A stretch of 62,573 bases of DNA, filler included, from Dimorphilus gyrociliatus (lineage: Eukaryota > Animalia > Annelida): the NCBI GenBank assembly GCA_904063045.1. It is 3 parts of 3 records of this genome, joined end to end, with 100 filler letters (N's around TTAATTAATTAA, not from the genome) between each part and the next. Parts side by side here need not be neighbours in the genome. Positions count along the whole stretch, not along the records: positions 1 to 22,736 come from CAJFCJ010000091.1; positions 22,837 to 45,236 come from CAJFCJ010000061.1; 1 more part is not named here. One strand, written 5' to 3'. How positions within the stretch are numbered: position 1 is the first letter of the stretch; every line of letters starts with the position of its first letter. Positions 13,412 to 25,800 of this stretch are shown here, piece by piece. The notes beneath the pieces are model-generated. The model had not been told where the DNA came from. It searched no databases and was given only the letters and a program-made list of their open reading frames with translations. The translations under genes were made by a program, and so were the position numbers.

Positions 13412-14665
13412 GGTAATACAAGATTTGTATTGTATTTCTAGCAAATTTCTGACTCATTACAACTATACTTGCTCGTTCTGGCCATTTCATCAAATTTTCC
13501 AAAGGACTGTTTCAAACAAAACCTTCAACTTGTCCACAAAAATACTAACCCTTGCAATAAATCCTGTTCGAAGTCCAAGTTATGATAAGATTATCAGATT
13601 AAGCATAGATGCCACCATCTTTCTCCATAGATAGAAAAACTTTGAACTGGTTAAAAACTATTTAAAAAAAAGGGATTTTAAACAGTTTTCAAATCAATTT
13701 TTCTCATTGTAACAGCTACTTATGCTCCCATTGATAATTGGTCTATCAAATTAAAATAATCCTATTTTGACATAGAAAACAAAAGACATATATATTCTCT
13801 ACAGAATGATAACATTTTCATTTCTTTTTATCAAGTATTCAAAGAGAAAAAGTCGAAAAAAATTATATTTTTCATTTTGTAACAATGATTGTTCGCCGAT
13901 ACTTATTATGATTAACAATAAAATGCTTATCCTGCTTCAACAAGTCGAAACATGTCCTCAAAGTGTCTACACACATAAAAGCCATACTACTTGGTTTAAA
14001 CTGGTTTGGATAGGCCTAATAGTGTACAAAGAAAAATTGTAAATATGTTGATTTCTTTATTGCTTTGAATTTCAAAGGGTAAAGAGATGCATAAGATGTT
14101 ATACTAACTGGTTTTCCATTTATTCTATGACAAATTAATGTTGCACAATATTCAAACAAATTTCAAGTAATTTCCCTCAAAAGAGTTGCTTATCAAACAC
14201 ATATATTTACACATTTGACAGTAAGGAGCCATCACTTGATGAAAAATTAGAAAGTGGACATGACAGAAACATTATTAATACAATAAAAAAATAATTTCAC
14301 TTCTCTAGCTCAAGCGGCAATCTGTCCAGGGGAAATTTTGTCAAGATGACACTCTGTCCAAGGGATGTTTTTTCCAGTATGAATTTTGTCTAGGTCCTAA
14401 AGTTATGTAACAGTGTTTCATGTTTAAGAGAATATTTATTACATATGAAATATGAAATTGTTGAATCTAATATTTGCAAATATTTATCTATATTGTTTTT
14501 TTACCATCTTCACCTTTTGATAAACATTTTAAATTTTACAAGTTCTCAACTGTGTTGAATATTACATGATAGTTGATGAAATGTTGAAATGTTAACAGTC
14601 CATAGAAATATTTCAATAAATAAATTATTAACTATTGAAACAGAAGTATGTAATCTATTTGTAAA

Positions 14666-14694
14666 CTCATTTGTGGATGTTTTCTGTCTCATCC
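14666..14694. mobile_element. Isolated MULE-family TIR
   Basis: Reverse complement GGATGAGACAGAAAACATCCACAAATGAG matches the MITE TIR. Confidence 0.65.
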
Positions 14695-16539
14695 TTTTAT
14701 TACTTATCATAGTGCTTTTAAACCATGGTAGGTTGAATAATTTTTTGTAATGGATATATTTGTCAAAATACACCCAACATTTTGCCAAAATAAGTACACA
14801 CTGATTATCTCTATTAGTGTAATCAGCACAATGCAATAGATAAGAAGTTGAATTCAGTTGAATCTTCAGTTGAATCTCTGGTGAATTATAACACAAACAA
14901 AATTTATTTTTAATTTAGTTAATATACAATAAATAATTGTTAAATAATATGCTAATAAATTCATGTTTTCAGTCTGTAGGAAATGAATTTCTTAACTATC
15001 ACCATAAAGAAAGTTCAAAATGATTAGAAGGTTAATAAAAAATGCAAACCATCTTTTTATAGCAAAAAGTCATTAAACAGAATTTTTTAAATACGGAGTT
15101 TGTCTTTGAAAACATTTTCAAACAATATATTCAATATGTATCAACATCTCTATTCCTTCAAATCTTAATTAAAATAAACACAGTTAAATATTCAAGACTT
15201 TTAGAATTGATTAGCGATACTTGGACTAACTTAATAAAAGAGAGAAACAAGTGTATGTTTTTGAAACAATTCCAAAATATCCCTTTTTAAAAGATTGGCT
15301 GTGTCATTGGAGTTGCAATTGGAAAATAGAAGGAAGCAATTCAGAAACAGAATGTAGATAAAGTTATATCTCTAAATGACAGCCTAATATAAAGCATAAA
15401 TAGAAATTTTATTACTAAAAGTGTCATATTAAAGGCATTGGATTCTAAAGATACTTTGAAGAAAAAATATTGAACAAAAATATGCCTTCTGTTATGATTT
15501 TTTTTTATTAGGGCTGCAGGGTTGGAATATGACCCTTTGAACTTGAAAATTTTGTGTACCAGGCCTTAAACACATCAATATTTTCAAAATTCGACCTTAC
15601 CATAAAACTAAAATACAAAATGGCTGCTTTACAAGAAATTTTAAATCTATTATAGGGTTAGGTTTAGGGCTCGGGGTTAGGAATTACCATAAACAGTATA
15701 GTCTGGAAATCCCGAAATTACACTTCCATTGTAAGCTTGCTAGGCTAAACATTGATGTGGCTGTTTAGGGACTACTATCTAAAATAGCAGTGCCTAGCTT
15801 AAGCTGTCACTGTATCTACAACAGTATCAATACAAATTCTTTACAAGAGTGAAGATAACCTGTACTATAGTATTTAACAATTTCACCAAATGAAAGCTCA
15901 TAATATTTCAGGACTTTTGCCCCTTTTACAAATGAGTGGGAAAGGCCTCTGTACAATCAGACTGATTCTTGATTGGCTTGATGTATCAACAGGTCAATTA
16001 TTCATGTATCATATTTGTAAGTTGACCACTAAAATTATTGAAAATTTCAAACTGCTTCAATTCCTTTTTTTTCATGCAGGAAACATGGATATATAATAAT
16101 CTGTGGTCACCAAATAATTGGTCAGTGTTTAAGAGAGTTATTCCAACAAATAATGGCTTGGAGGGCTTCCACAAATCACTAAGCTACTCTTTTGTTTTGT
16201 TATGAATCATCATTTCCACTGTGTCAACAATTGAAAATTAAAAAAGTTAAGGTTTTGGTATTGGATATGGAATGGGGAGATTTTCATGATTTTGTTATTC
16301 AACTTTAAGCTATTATAAGATGATATTGATCAAGAAATCACATTCAACTTTTGGACAGGTTTGAATTCAATTAGCTTTCATTTTAATGAACTTATGACAT
16401 CCTCTTATAAAACATAAATCAAATGCAAACTGATGAATGCATGTCACAAACTAACTTTTATTTTATAAAATGTGTCCTCATACAAGTTGCTATCATGCAA
16501 AAAAAGAAAGAAGAGTAAATAGGTGCCACGATTTCAACA

Positions 16540-16730
16540 GCTTTGACAGTTCAAACTTTTAATTGTCACCTTGGGGTTTAAATTTGGTTGTTTAGAACTA
16601 GATACTCATTTACTCAATAAATATTCTTTTGACGAAATACTTTTGTTCAGTAAATTGTTAAATAAGTTGAAAGGGCGAATTCTATTGTGACGAGCTAGAA
16701 GTTCCTACAATTACAATACAACAAAGTACA
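16540..16730 (+). mobile_element. LTR2/B fragment (R/U5)
   Basis: TTGTTTAGAACTAGA..CTCATTTACTCAATA; ends CCTACAATTACAATACAACAAAGTACA. Confidence 0.8.
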
Positions 16731-17623
16731 AATGATAAAATGGTGATAATATGGCTTATATCAAAATTTTAAAGATATCTCTATGAAATTCAAAAAGGTA
16801 AATGTTGATTTGTTTTTGAAAAGTTTGGAATTCTAAGATGCTTTTAGGGCTAGAGAAAATGTCAGGTATTGGGTTAAAGCAAAGAAGCTAATTTGTTGTT
16901 GTTAGAAGGTCAAACCTGCATAATGTTTTTCATAACTTTCCAAATATGGTTTGATATGACACCTAACTACTATTTTAACCCAAGTATATCTTCTTACATA
17001 GCCTCTAAAAACAATAGAGTCTCTCTGCAATAAAATACTGTACAGATATATCTTTATTTAGGCATAGTATGTATTTTAGCCTGTAAAATTTTTTTTATTA
17101 GATTTCCAAAATTTAACATTTCCTCTCGCTTTGAGTCGGGATCCCCTTTTTTAAGTCCACTTTCACTATGTATAAAATAGCATGGTGTCTGTTTGGGAAT
17201 GTTTAATGAGAGTATAAAAAGAAAAAAATCTTCTAAACCAATTGACAAACCTGAACAACTATATTTGAATATGTTATTGGTTTTTTCAAGCAGAAATTTT
17301 TATCATGTAACTGAAAGATGGTAGCCGCAATTTGCTGAATACAAGTGATATAATTTAAACTATAGTAGAAACTCCATGTCAATTGCAAGTATTTCACATC
17401 AGATAAAAATAATTTTGAACCAATATATAAATTAATCTTCTGGTTTGTAATGACGTTCATTACTGAGAAGTGTTAATAATGATTTTTTTAGTATTTCCTT
17501 TTATTCCTATTACTGAGAATATTTTACCTCTCTGGAAATTTTCATCAACTTTTTCTTGAATATTTTTTTTTCTTTGTAAAAAAAATGGAAATAAAAGAGA
17601 AAAAAATTGTAAAATTTTCTAAT

Positions 17624-18137
17624 TCATATTTTTCTATGAAAATACCGGAGTTTTTCCAATTGTTCGAGTTTCTGAGCTCTATGTTTCTGATATTCTCCAA
17701 TTGTGTAAATTATTGGATTTAGAATAGATCCAATAGGAATACAGCATAGAACAATCCAATTATATGTTTCAGAGTTTATATAAAAATCCTTAATTAGTGG
17801 ATAGATACCTTGTAAAAAGAAAAAGAAAGTGAAAAGAAAGGTAGAGGAAAGGTGTTTGAATAATACTTAAAATTGAAATTGGGAAACAGCTTATGAAATA
17901 TGTAGAAACAGTCACTATTGCAGTTCTTCTCAATGACTTTTCAGTTGCCTTGCTTCCTTGATTAAAGTCTTTCCTTGCCTCTTTTACATGTGTAAATATT
18001 AAAATATATAATATGGTGACTATGATTAGTAGAATAATTGGAAGAATGCCAAAAATCAATAACTTAACTATCCATCCATTTACCTTGACACTTGTTATAG
18101 CAAGGGTAAAACATATTTTATAAGTTCTATGGTAGTC
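17624..18137 (-). CDS. Rhodopsin-class GPCR, 3' exons (18137-17867, 17808-17624), LGR/relaxin-receptor-like TM5-TM7
   Basis: A 58-nt GT..AG intron gives ...FPISILSIYPLIKDFYINSETYNWIVLCCIPIGSILNPIIYTIG (NPxxY motif). Upstream exons not located. Confidence 0.75.
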
Positions 18138-18172
18138 CTGTTATACAAAAAACAATGTACAACTTTCAATAT

Positions 18173-18807
18173 TGTACTGCTCTTGCTGGCAAAATCTATG
18201 CGTTTGCAAGTTATAACAATACTGGTTCTACTCGAACCTTTAAACAAATGTTTAAATTAAAATGGTTTATTCGCAATAATAATACTTAAGCAAGTAACAA
18301 TATGAGAGTTCGATAGCAGAGTAGATAGTTTGTAATAGCAGGTTGCCAAATTACCAAACTGTCTTCCAATGTTGAGGAGTAGATGGATGGTTCCAGTGGA
18401 GGTTGTTTCCAGATGATTTTCCCAGGTCCTTGGGTCCAGATGGAAGCTGCATGCCAAATGAGAATAATGAGGATTTATATACTTTGAGGTTTGTCTCTGA
18501 CATCCAATCATCACTTTACAGTTGCCGAAATGTGTAGTTCATATTTATCTTTAGTAACAGGATGTTACAAGGTTCAACATTTAGGAAGGTTAATTGAATT
18601 ATAACTTGGCCACACCCTAGGCAAGTTAATTAAATTATAACTTGGCCAAACCTTTATTGGTAATTAAAGATGAGCCTTCAAGCTGACTAATCAGACTTAT
18701 GTTTGGCCAATGTTATAGCATTTTCTTGCATAGGTTTTAAGATGTACATGTATATGTTGCATAAAATAATAGAGTTCAAGCATGTAAAATATAACCAAAG
18801 TTGTACA
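18173..18807 (-). mobile_element. Solo LTR1 (635 bp)
   Basis: TGTAC..GTACA termini; 4-bp TSD ATAT; about 99% identical to 18945-19579. Confidence 0.95.
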
Positions 18808-18944
18808 ATATATTTTACACTTGGACTGCATTACTATGCACAACTCAGAACAGTCTGACTATGTAGCCTACGCAAAAAAAATCACAATAAGATTGAATGT
18901 GATTGTGTTTTAATTAATCATTCTAGAGGTTCAACTTTTATTGA

Positions 18945-19579
18945 TGTACAACTTTGGTTATATTTTACATGCTTGAACTCTATTATTTTATGCAACATAT
19001 ACATGTACATCTTAAAACCTACGCAAGAAAATGCTATAACATTGGCCAAACATAAGTCTGATTAGTCAGCTTGAAGGCTCATCTTTAATTACCAATAAAG
19101 GTTTGGCCAGGTTATAATTTAATTAACTTGCCTAGGGTGTGGCCAAGTTATAATTCAATTAACCTTCCTAAATGTTGAACCTTGTAACATCCTGTTACTA
19201 AAGATAAATATGAACTACACATTTCGGCAACTGTAAAGTGATGATTGGATGTCAGAGACAAACCTCAAAGTATATAAATCCTCATTATTCTCATTTGGCA
19301 TGCAGCTTCCATCTGGACCCAAGGACCTGGGAAAATCATCTGGAAACAACCTCCACTGGAACCATCCATCTACTCCTCAACATTGGAAGACAGTTTGGTA
19401 ATTTGGCAACCTGCTATTACAAACTATCTACTCTGCTATCGAACTCTCATATTGTTACTTGCTTAAGTATTATTATTGCGAATAAACCATTTTAATTTAA
19501 ACATTTGTTTAAAGGTTCGAGTAGAACCAGTATTGTTATAACTTGCAAACGCATAGATTTTGCCAGCAAGAGCAGTACA
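18945..19579 (+). promoter_or_regulatory. 5' LTR of element 1
   Basis: ATTGG (reverse CCAAT) about 19243, TATATAAA 19271-19278, AATAAA 19481-19486, TG..CA ends. Confidence 0.9.
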
Positions 19580-19583
19580 AATT

Positions 19584-19601
19584 TGGCGCAGTCGACAGGA
19601 T
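19584..19601 (+). other. Primer-binding site complementary to the 3' end of a tRNA-Ser
   Basis: TGGCGCAGTCGACAGGAT is the complement of ...ATCCTGTCGACTGCGCCA, matching the CGACTGCG-CCA acceptor end I recall for invertebrate tRNA-Ser(AGA). Confidence 0.8.
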
Positions 19602-19639
19602 ATTCTTTTGGTTTATTCAAAAGTTTTGAGAAAGTAAAT

Positions 19640-20568
19640 ATGGCAGAAGGAGGAAATGGAAACGCCACTGGGGCAGTTACAGACTCTAACCCTTCAACCC
19701 CAGCAACTCCAACAATTACAATTCAGCCAGCAGGAATGTCAGAAAGGCAACAAAGACTAATTGAAGACTATGATAGATTGGTGAGTGAAATGAAAAGAAA
19801 TCGAATCACAATTCCAACAGATCATGGAGATGGAACACATCACCCAGCACAGAACCCAAATGTTGATATCACAACAGTAATTCAAGCATTAAGGGCTGCT
19901 TGGGACCGCCCTCAAAGAACTATTCTCAAGTTGTATGATGGAAGCAAGGAGTGTTCAAAATTCAAAGAAGACTTTAATCAGGCATGTTATGCTTATGGTT
20001 GGATAGGAGAAGATGTTGTGAAAGCAAATCTTTTAGATTATTTAACTGGTCCTGCAAAGGATTTGGTGTTGGCTCTGGATGGAGAGCCTACTGTGGAGGA
20101 AATATGGAAAGCCCTCCATGACGAATTTGATCTAGATCCTTTGGAGTATCAGGAGAAATTGCTTAACTTAAAGCAAATGAATGGCGAAAGTGTGGTTCAG
20201 TTTGTTAATAGAGCAAAGAAATTGATAAGAGGTTTTCTCCACCTAGACCAATGGAACCACAATTGCTTGCAACTATGAAAGAAATAAAACTGATGGAAGT
20301 TTTACAAAGAGGATTACAACAGGATATTCTACATTTAGTGTACACCTTACATCCTAAATGTCAAACATTGGCAGAACTATATGAGGCTGCTAAGCAAGCA
20401 GAAACTTCATTAAAACTAACTCAAAGAAAACCGATCACAATGGTGTCAAAATTGGAAACTCAACAAAGAAAAGAGACCAAAAAGACCCAGGTAATCAGAA
20501 AAGATGCTTCTACAGAAACCCCAATTTCTGGAATAGAAAGCATGTACCTGACAACAAAATGCTACTAA
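19640..20568 (+). pseudogene. gag: gag of element 1 (1-nt frameshift about 20270)
   Basis: LKLYDGSKECSKFKEDF..ACYAYGW..NLLDYLTGPAK, a retrotransposon-gag pattern; no CCHC knuckle seen. Confidence 0.85.
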
Positions 20569-20856
20569 AGAAAAGTTTTCAAGCCAAAAAGTCCAAAAGT
20601 ATGCACCAACTACAACAAATAGGTATTATAAGAAAAATCAACCAGCAAAGACAATACTGAAAGAGGAACCTAAGCTACAAAAATTAGAAACATTAGACAA
20701 TGAAAGCATGTCAGAAAACGACGAAGTTCAAGATATTCTCTGTTTTTCAGATAGTGACGAATCCACTTGTCAGCTGTTACAAAGCAAACAATCTGAGCGA
20801 AATGCTTCAACATTATTGGACAATTTGAAACTAATACAGGTTTTAAGTTTGATGCC

Positions 20857-22736
20857 TTGATAGACTCTGGTAGTGACAGATCTTTCATTTCAAAAAAGGT
20901 ATTAAGACAAGTTCAAGGAAAAGCATCCTTCCCAGAACAAACTGTGAAAAATGCTAGAGATGCTTCAGGAAATAGCATCGAGATATGTGGAGAAATCATT
21001 CTCAGACTTTATTTTAATGAAAAGATTATTAAACAACGCTTTCTGATCAACAAAATCATTACACAACAATGTATTATTGGGTGTGACTTTCTACAACAAA
21101 ATGGAGCTACCCTTGACTTTGGAAAGAGACAGATTATACTCCAGCCAGGTACAGAAAAGAATTACCCTGTTGGAACACAACACTTATCTTTCAAAGGGTT
21201 TTTACCCCAGTTCCTCTTATTATGAAAAAGAATGAGAGTCAAATACATACCCTTCAGACAACAATTGAACAAGAAAATCCCGAGATGAAGAACAAAGTTA
21301 CCCAAATTCTGGCAAAATATAAAGAAACTATTGCAGAAGACAGATTTGATATTGGCAATCCAGAGGTACCACCCTTGGAAATAACTCTTGAACCAGGTTC
21401 AACACCATATAGACAAAGGCCATATAGAATGCCTCCTCAAAAACAAGAAGAATGTAAGCAACAGATAGCTGAATTGGTAAAAAGCAAAGTTATTCAACCA
21501 AGCAAGAGCAATTGGGCTTCACCAATTGTTTTCGTAAGAAAGAAGGAAGGTAGTCTACGAATGTGTGTAGATTATAGAAAACTAAACAAAATGACAGTTA
21601 AAAACAAGTATCCACTGCCAAATCAAGAATGATCTTTTTGACCATTTGGGAGGAGGAAATAAATTCTTTTCTACAATGGATTTGACAAGTGCATACCACC
21701 ACATTAACATCAAGAAAGAAGATAGGTCTAAAACAGCATTTATTACACCTTTTGGCTTGTTTGAATTTATTAAGATGCCTTTTGGATTAACCAATGCCCC
21801 TCCTCATTTTAGTTATGTAATGAATTCATTTGTGCTAAAGGATGTAAAGCATTTGTGCCTAAACTACCTTGATGACATAATAATATTTACCAAGTCGCTG
21901 GACCAACATTGGGAAGCATTGGAGACCATTCTTCAACAGATTCAAAAGTACAATTTTAAGATTAAACTAAGTAAATGTGTGTTTTGAAAGAACAAGTTCA
22001 ATTCTTGGGACACATTGTATCAGAAAAGGGGATTGAAACAGATAAGTCCAAGACAGATAAATTATATAATTTACAGCCACCAGTGGTTTGCAAATTCACT
22101 ACTAAGCTTTGTTGCATTTTGTGGCTATTACAGAAGAATTTTATACAAGATTTTGCAAGAGTAGCTAAACCTCTGTATATGTTAATGAAACTACATGGGA
22201 AAAAGGATAAATTGCAATGGACTGAGGAAGCCAAGCAATCATTTTTCAAGTTGAGAGATGCAGTAGTTAACCCTCCTGTATTACAACTACCTGATTTTGC
22301 TAAAGATTTTCACTTAACAACAGATGCATCGAATGTAGCTGTAGGAGGAGTTCTTGAACAAGTTTATGTAGATGAGAATGGGAAGAAAACAATGAAACCC
22401 ATTGCCTACGCTTCAAAACAATTCAACAATAATCAAATGAAATATGCAGCCTATCAAAGGAAGCATTTGGTGTTTACTGGGTTGTAAAGAAATTTTTACA
22501 TTACCTTCAAGACAAGCCATTCTTTTTATATACTGACCATCAGAGTCTAGTACAAACATTTAAGCAAAACAAATTGAATGTCAGCACAGCAAAATGGGTC
22601 ATGGCTTTAATGGATTTAAAATTTACAATTAACTATGTGACAGGACAAAAAAATAGAGCAGATGCATTAACAAGATTAGAAGAATATACACCCCCAAGGA
22701 AAGTAACATTGAAGAGCTAATTCATGGAAAGATCAA
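20857..22736 (+). pseudogene. pol: pol of element 1 (PR-RT-RH) with frameshifts
   Basis: MIDSGSDRSFI; [11 protein letters not shown]; NYLDDIII; LTTDASNVAVGGVL. Confidence 0.92.
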
Positions 22737-22836
22737 NNNNNNNNNNNNNNNNNNNNNNNNNNNNNNNNNNNNNNNNNNNNTTAATTAATTAANNNNNNNN
22801 NNNNNNNNNNNNNNNNNNNNNNNNNNNNNNNNNNNN
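22737..22836. other. Assembly gap with synthetic linker
   Basis: 44 N + TTAATTAATTAA (stops in all six frames) + 44 N. Confidence 0.97.
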
Positions 22837-25800
22837 GAGAATTTCTTCTGGGATACCAAATATTGGGAAATAGTTGAAAAACAAATGTTTAGAAATTTCC
22901 TCAGCTGTTTGAGTTTTTAGAGGGAATATGTTGGTAAATCTGGACATGTGGTCTATAATGACAAGTATATACTTGTAAGAATCATGTCCAGTCAGAGGTC
23001 CCATTATGTCCATAGCTATTCTTTGCATTGGTAAAGTTGGGTGAGGTGTTTCAACCAACAGATGTTTGTTGCCTGGTGCTCTTAATTGCTCACAAAATTC
23101 ACAACTCTTTATGTGATCTTTAATTGTTTTCTTTAGCTTGGGTGCCAGAAAGCTTGCTCCAAAGTGTGAATTGTTATGTCTACACCATAGTGCTCAAATA
23201 GTTGATGTTGATGAATTTGTCCAAGTAAGTTGGTTAGAGTTGATAGTGGAATTACAAGTAGTGGTTGACAGCCATTTAGATACCATACAAGGTCTTCTTT
23301 TACAAACATAGATTCAATAAAGTTTCCATATTCATTCAAAGACCCATTATCAATGTTTTCTCCTTCCAATTTGTCTACAACTTTCATTAGTGGAGTATCT
23401 AATACTTGTTCTCTATAGAAGTTTATTTCAACTGGTGTGATTTTTAGTTTCATAATCTGGGCTTGGATTTCAGTTATGTCTTCATCATAATCATTGTCTA
23501 GATTGTCATCTAAACAATCATCTAATTCTTCTAAGTCCTCTGTATCAATATAAAAGCATTTAAGCATATCCTTTCTTTCTGCTAATTGGGGAACTGTATT
23601 GCCATTTTGTTTTTCTTCATTTAATCTTTCCTTAAGTAAATTACGAAAATCAATTACTTCATCAGTTTCACCAATTCTTGATATCCAGTCTGCTCTATTA
23701 GTTCTTCCTGGTATGTATATTATTTCAAAATCCATATCCATAAGTGCCATCACCCATTTAACAGTACTTGTATTCAGTTTGTTTTGTACAAATGTTTGTA
23801 CCAAATTTTGGTGATCAGTGTAGAGAAAAAATTTCTTATACTGTAGATAATGGGAGAATTTTTGTACTGCCCAATATACTGCAAAAGCCTCTTTTTGATA
23901 AGCTGCATATCTTAGTTGTGTATTGATTAGGAGCTTGGAAGCAAAAGAAATTGGTTTTCTTATTTTCTTTCCATCTTCTTCCCATTCTTGTTCTAGAACT
24001 GCACCAACTGCATAATTAGAAGCATCTGTTGTTAAATAGAATGATTTAGTAAAGTCTGGCAGTTGAAGGATTGGGGGCTCTGTCATTGCATTCCTTAGTG
24101 TTTCATAAGCTTCCTCTGCTTTTTTTGTCCATTTCAGTTTTTCTGTCTTTTGGTGTACTTTTAATAATTCTCTCAAAGGTTTTGTGATTTTTGCAAAATC
24201 TTTAACAAATCTTCTATAATAACCACAAAATGCCACAAAACTCAACAGAGTATTTGCAAACATAGGTAATTTGGCATCTTTTATTTTTTGAATCTTTTCA
24301 GGATCAGTTTCAATACCATTCTGTGTAATTCTATGACCAAGGAATTGAACTGATTCTTGTAAGAATGCACATTTGCTCAGTTTAATTCTGAAGTCTTTTT
24401 CCTTGATTCTTTCCATAAGTTTCTGTAGAGCTACAAAGTGTTCTTCCAATGTTTTGGTAAAAACTATAATATCATCCATATAATTAATGCAGAAGTTTTC
24501 CAATCCATTAATAACAAAATTTGCCATGATATAGCTGAAGTGTGAAGGTGCATTTGCCAAACCAAATGGCATGCGGTTGAATTCAAATAAACCAAATGGT
24601 GTAATAAAAGCAGTTTTCTCCTTATCTTCTTCTTTAATTGGAATATGATGAAATGCACTTGTTAAATCCAATATAGAAAAATATTTGTGGCCTCCTCCAA
24701 GCTTATCAAATAAGTCTTCCTGATGTGGGATTGGATAACAATTCTTTTTTGATTGCTTGTTAAGTTTTCTGTAATCCACACACATTCTTAATGTTCCTTC
24801 TTTCTTTTTCACAAAAACAATGGGTGAAGCCCATTGGCTTTTGCTTGCTCTAATTAGACCATTTTCCAATAATCCATTTAATTGATCCCTGCATTCCTGC
24901 TGTTTGTTGTGTGGCAATCTGTATGGTCTTTGTTTGAAAGGCTTTATATCTTCCAATAATTCAATTGCCATTGGTGGAACATCTGGTGAACCAATGTTAT
25001 TCTGATTTGTAGCAATAATATCTTCATAATTCTTTATCATTTCTTTTAATTCTTCTCTGTTCTTGTCAAGATTATTTTTGGACACATGTAAATAATTGTC
25101 AATTTCTAGTGTATTTGAATTAATATTGTGTACATTTTGATTAGACAAATGTTCAAATTCAATACTTTCCAACTGTAATTCTTCTATTTCAGGAGTAACT
25201 GGATTTTTCTTTTGTTCTTTTTGCACTTTGATAGTTATTCCATCTTCTAATTCTATGTATTGTGGTTTCATTTCCATTTCCATAGCCAAGTCTTCAGTTT
25301 CTTCTTCAGAGGAATTTATGAGAATAACTGAGTCATTGTCAGACTTAGGTATATTTCCAGTCTCTTCATCAGATGAGTCTATAACCATTATGGAATCATT
25401 GTCAGACTCAATTGTGTTACTGGTCTCTTCTTCAGATGAGTCTATAACAATCATTGAATCATTATCAGGCTCAGTTATGTTATCAAGCTCTTCTTCAGAT
25501 GAGTCTTTAACAATCATTGAACCATTATCAGAATCAGTTGAATCACTAATTTCATCTTCAGATGAGCTTGTACCATTGATTATATCCAAATCTGAGTCTG
25601 GGCTGTGATCTGATTCAATACTTGTTTCTGTATCATAATTTTCAGAAGTACTGGAACTTTCATCTGTGCCATAATTGCTATTTGAATCAAAACCATTGAA
25701 TCCCTCATAAACTATGCTTGAACCATGAGTGTTGCTTGTATCATAGCCAGTATCTGGATCAGTAACTTCCATTTCTGAGTCCACACTATCTGAAACTTCA

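Larger units (their letters stand above)
18945..22736 (+). mobile_element. Ty3/gypsy element 1 (5' LTR, PBS, gag, PR, RT, RNase H); frameshifted and cut by the assembly gap
   Basis: LTR-PBS-gag-DSG protease-YLDD RT-TDAS RNase H order; several frameshifts or stops. Confidence 0.95.

Noticed and set aside
19238-19495. 85-aa ORF MMIGCQRQ... present three times
   Set aside because: Lies within near-identical LTR1 copies over the TATA and polyA signals; older copies (7020, 52690) break it.
22737-22836. Palindromic TTAATTAATTAA inside N-runs (also 45237-45336)
   Set aside because: Identical 44N-12-44N layout twice, with stops in all frames: a scaffolding linker, not biology.
24470-24490. YMDD RT motif as a sign of retroviral or hepadnaviral origin
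   Set aside because: Surrounding motifs and the PR-RT-RH-IN order are ordinary Ty3/gypsy; YxDD varies.
25228-25608. 126-aa Ser/Ile-rich plus-strand ORF
   Set aside because: Antisense shadow of the acidic repeat in pol.
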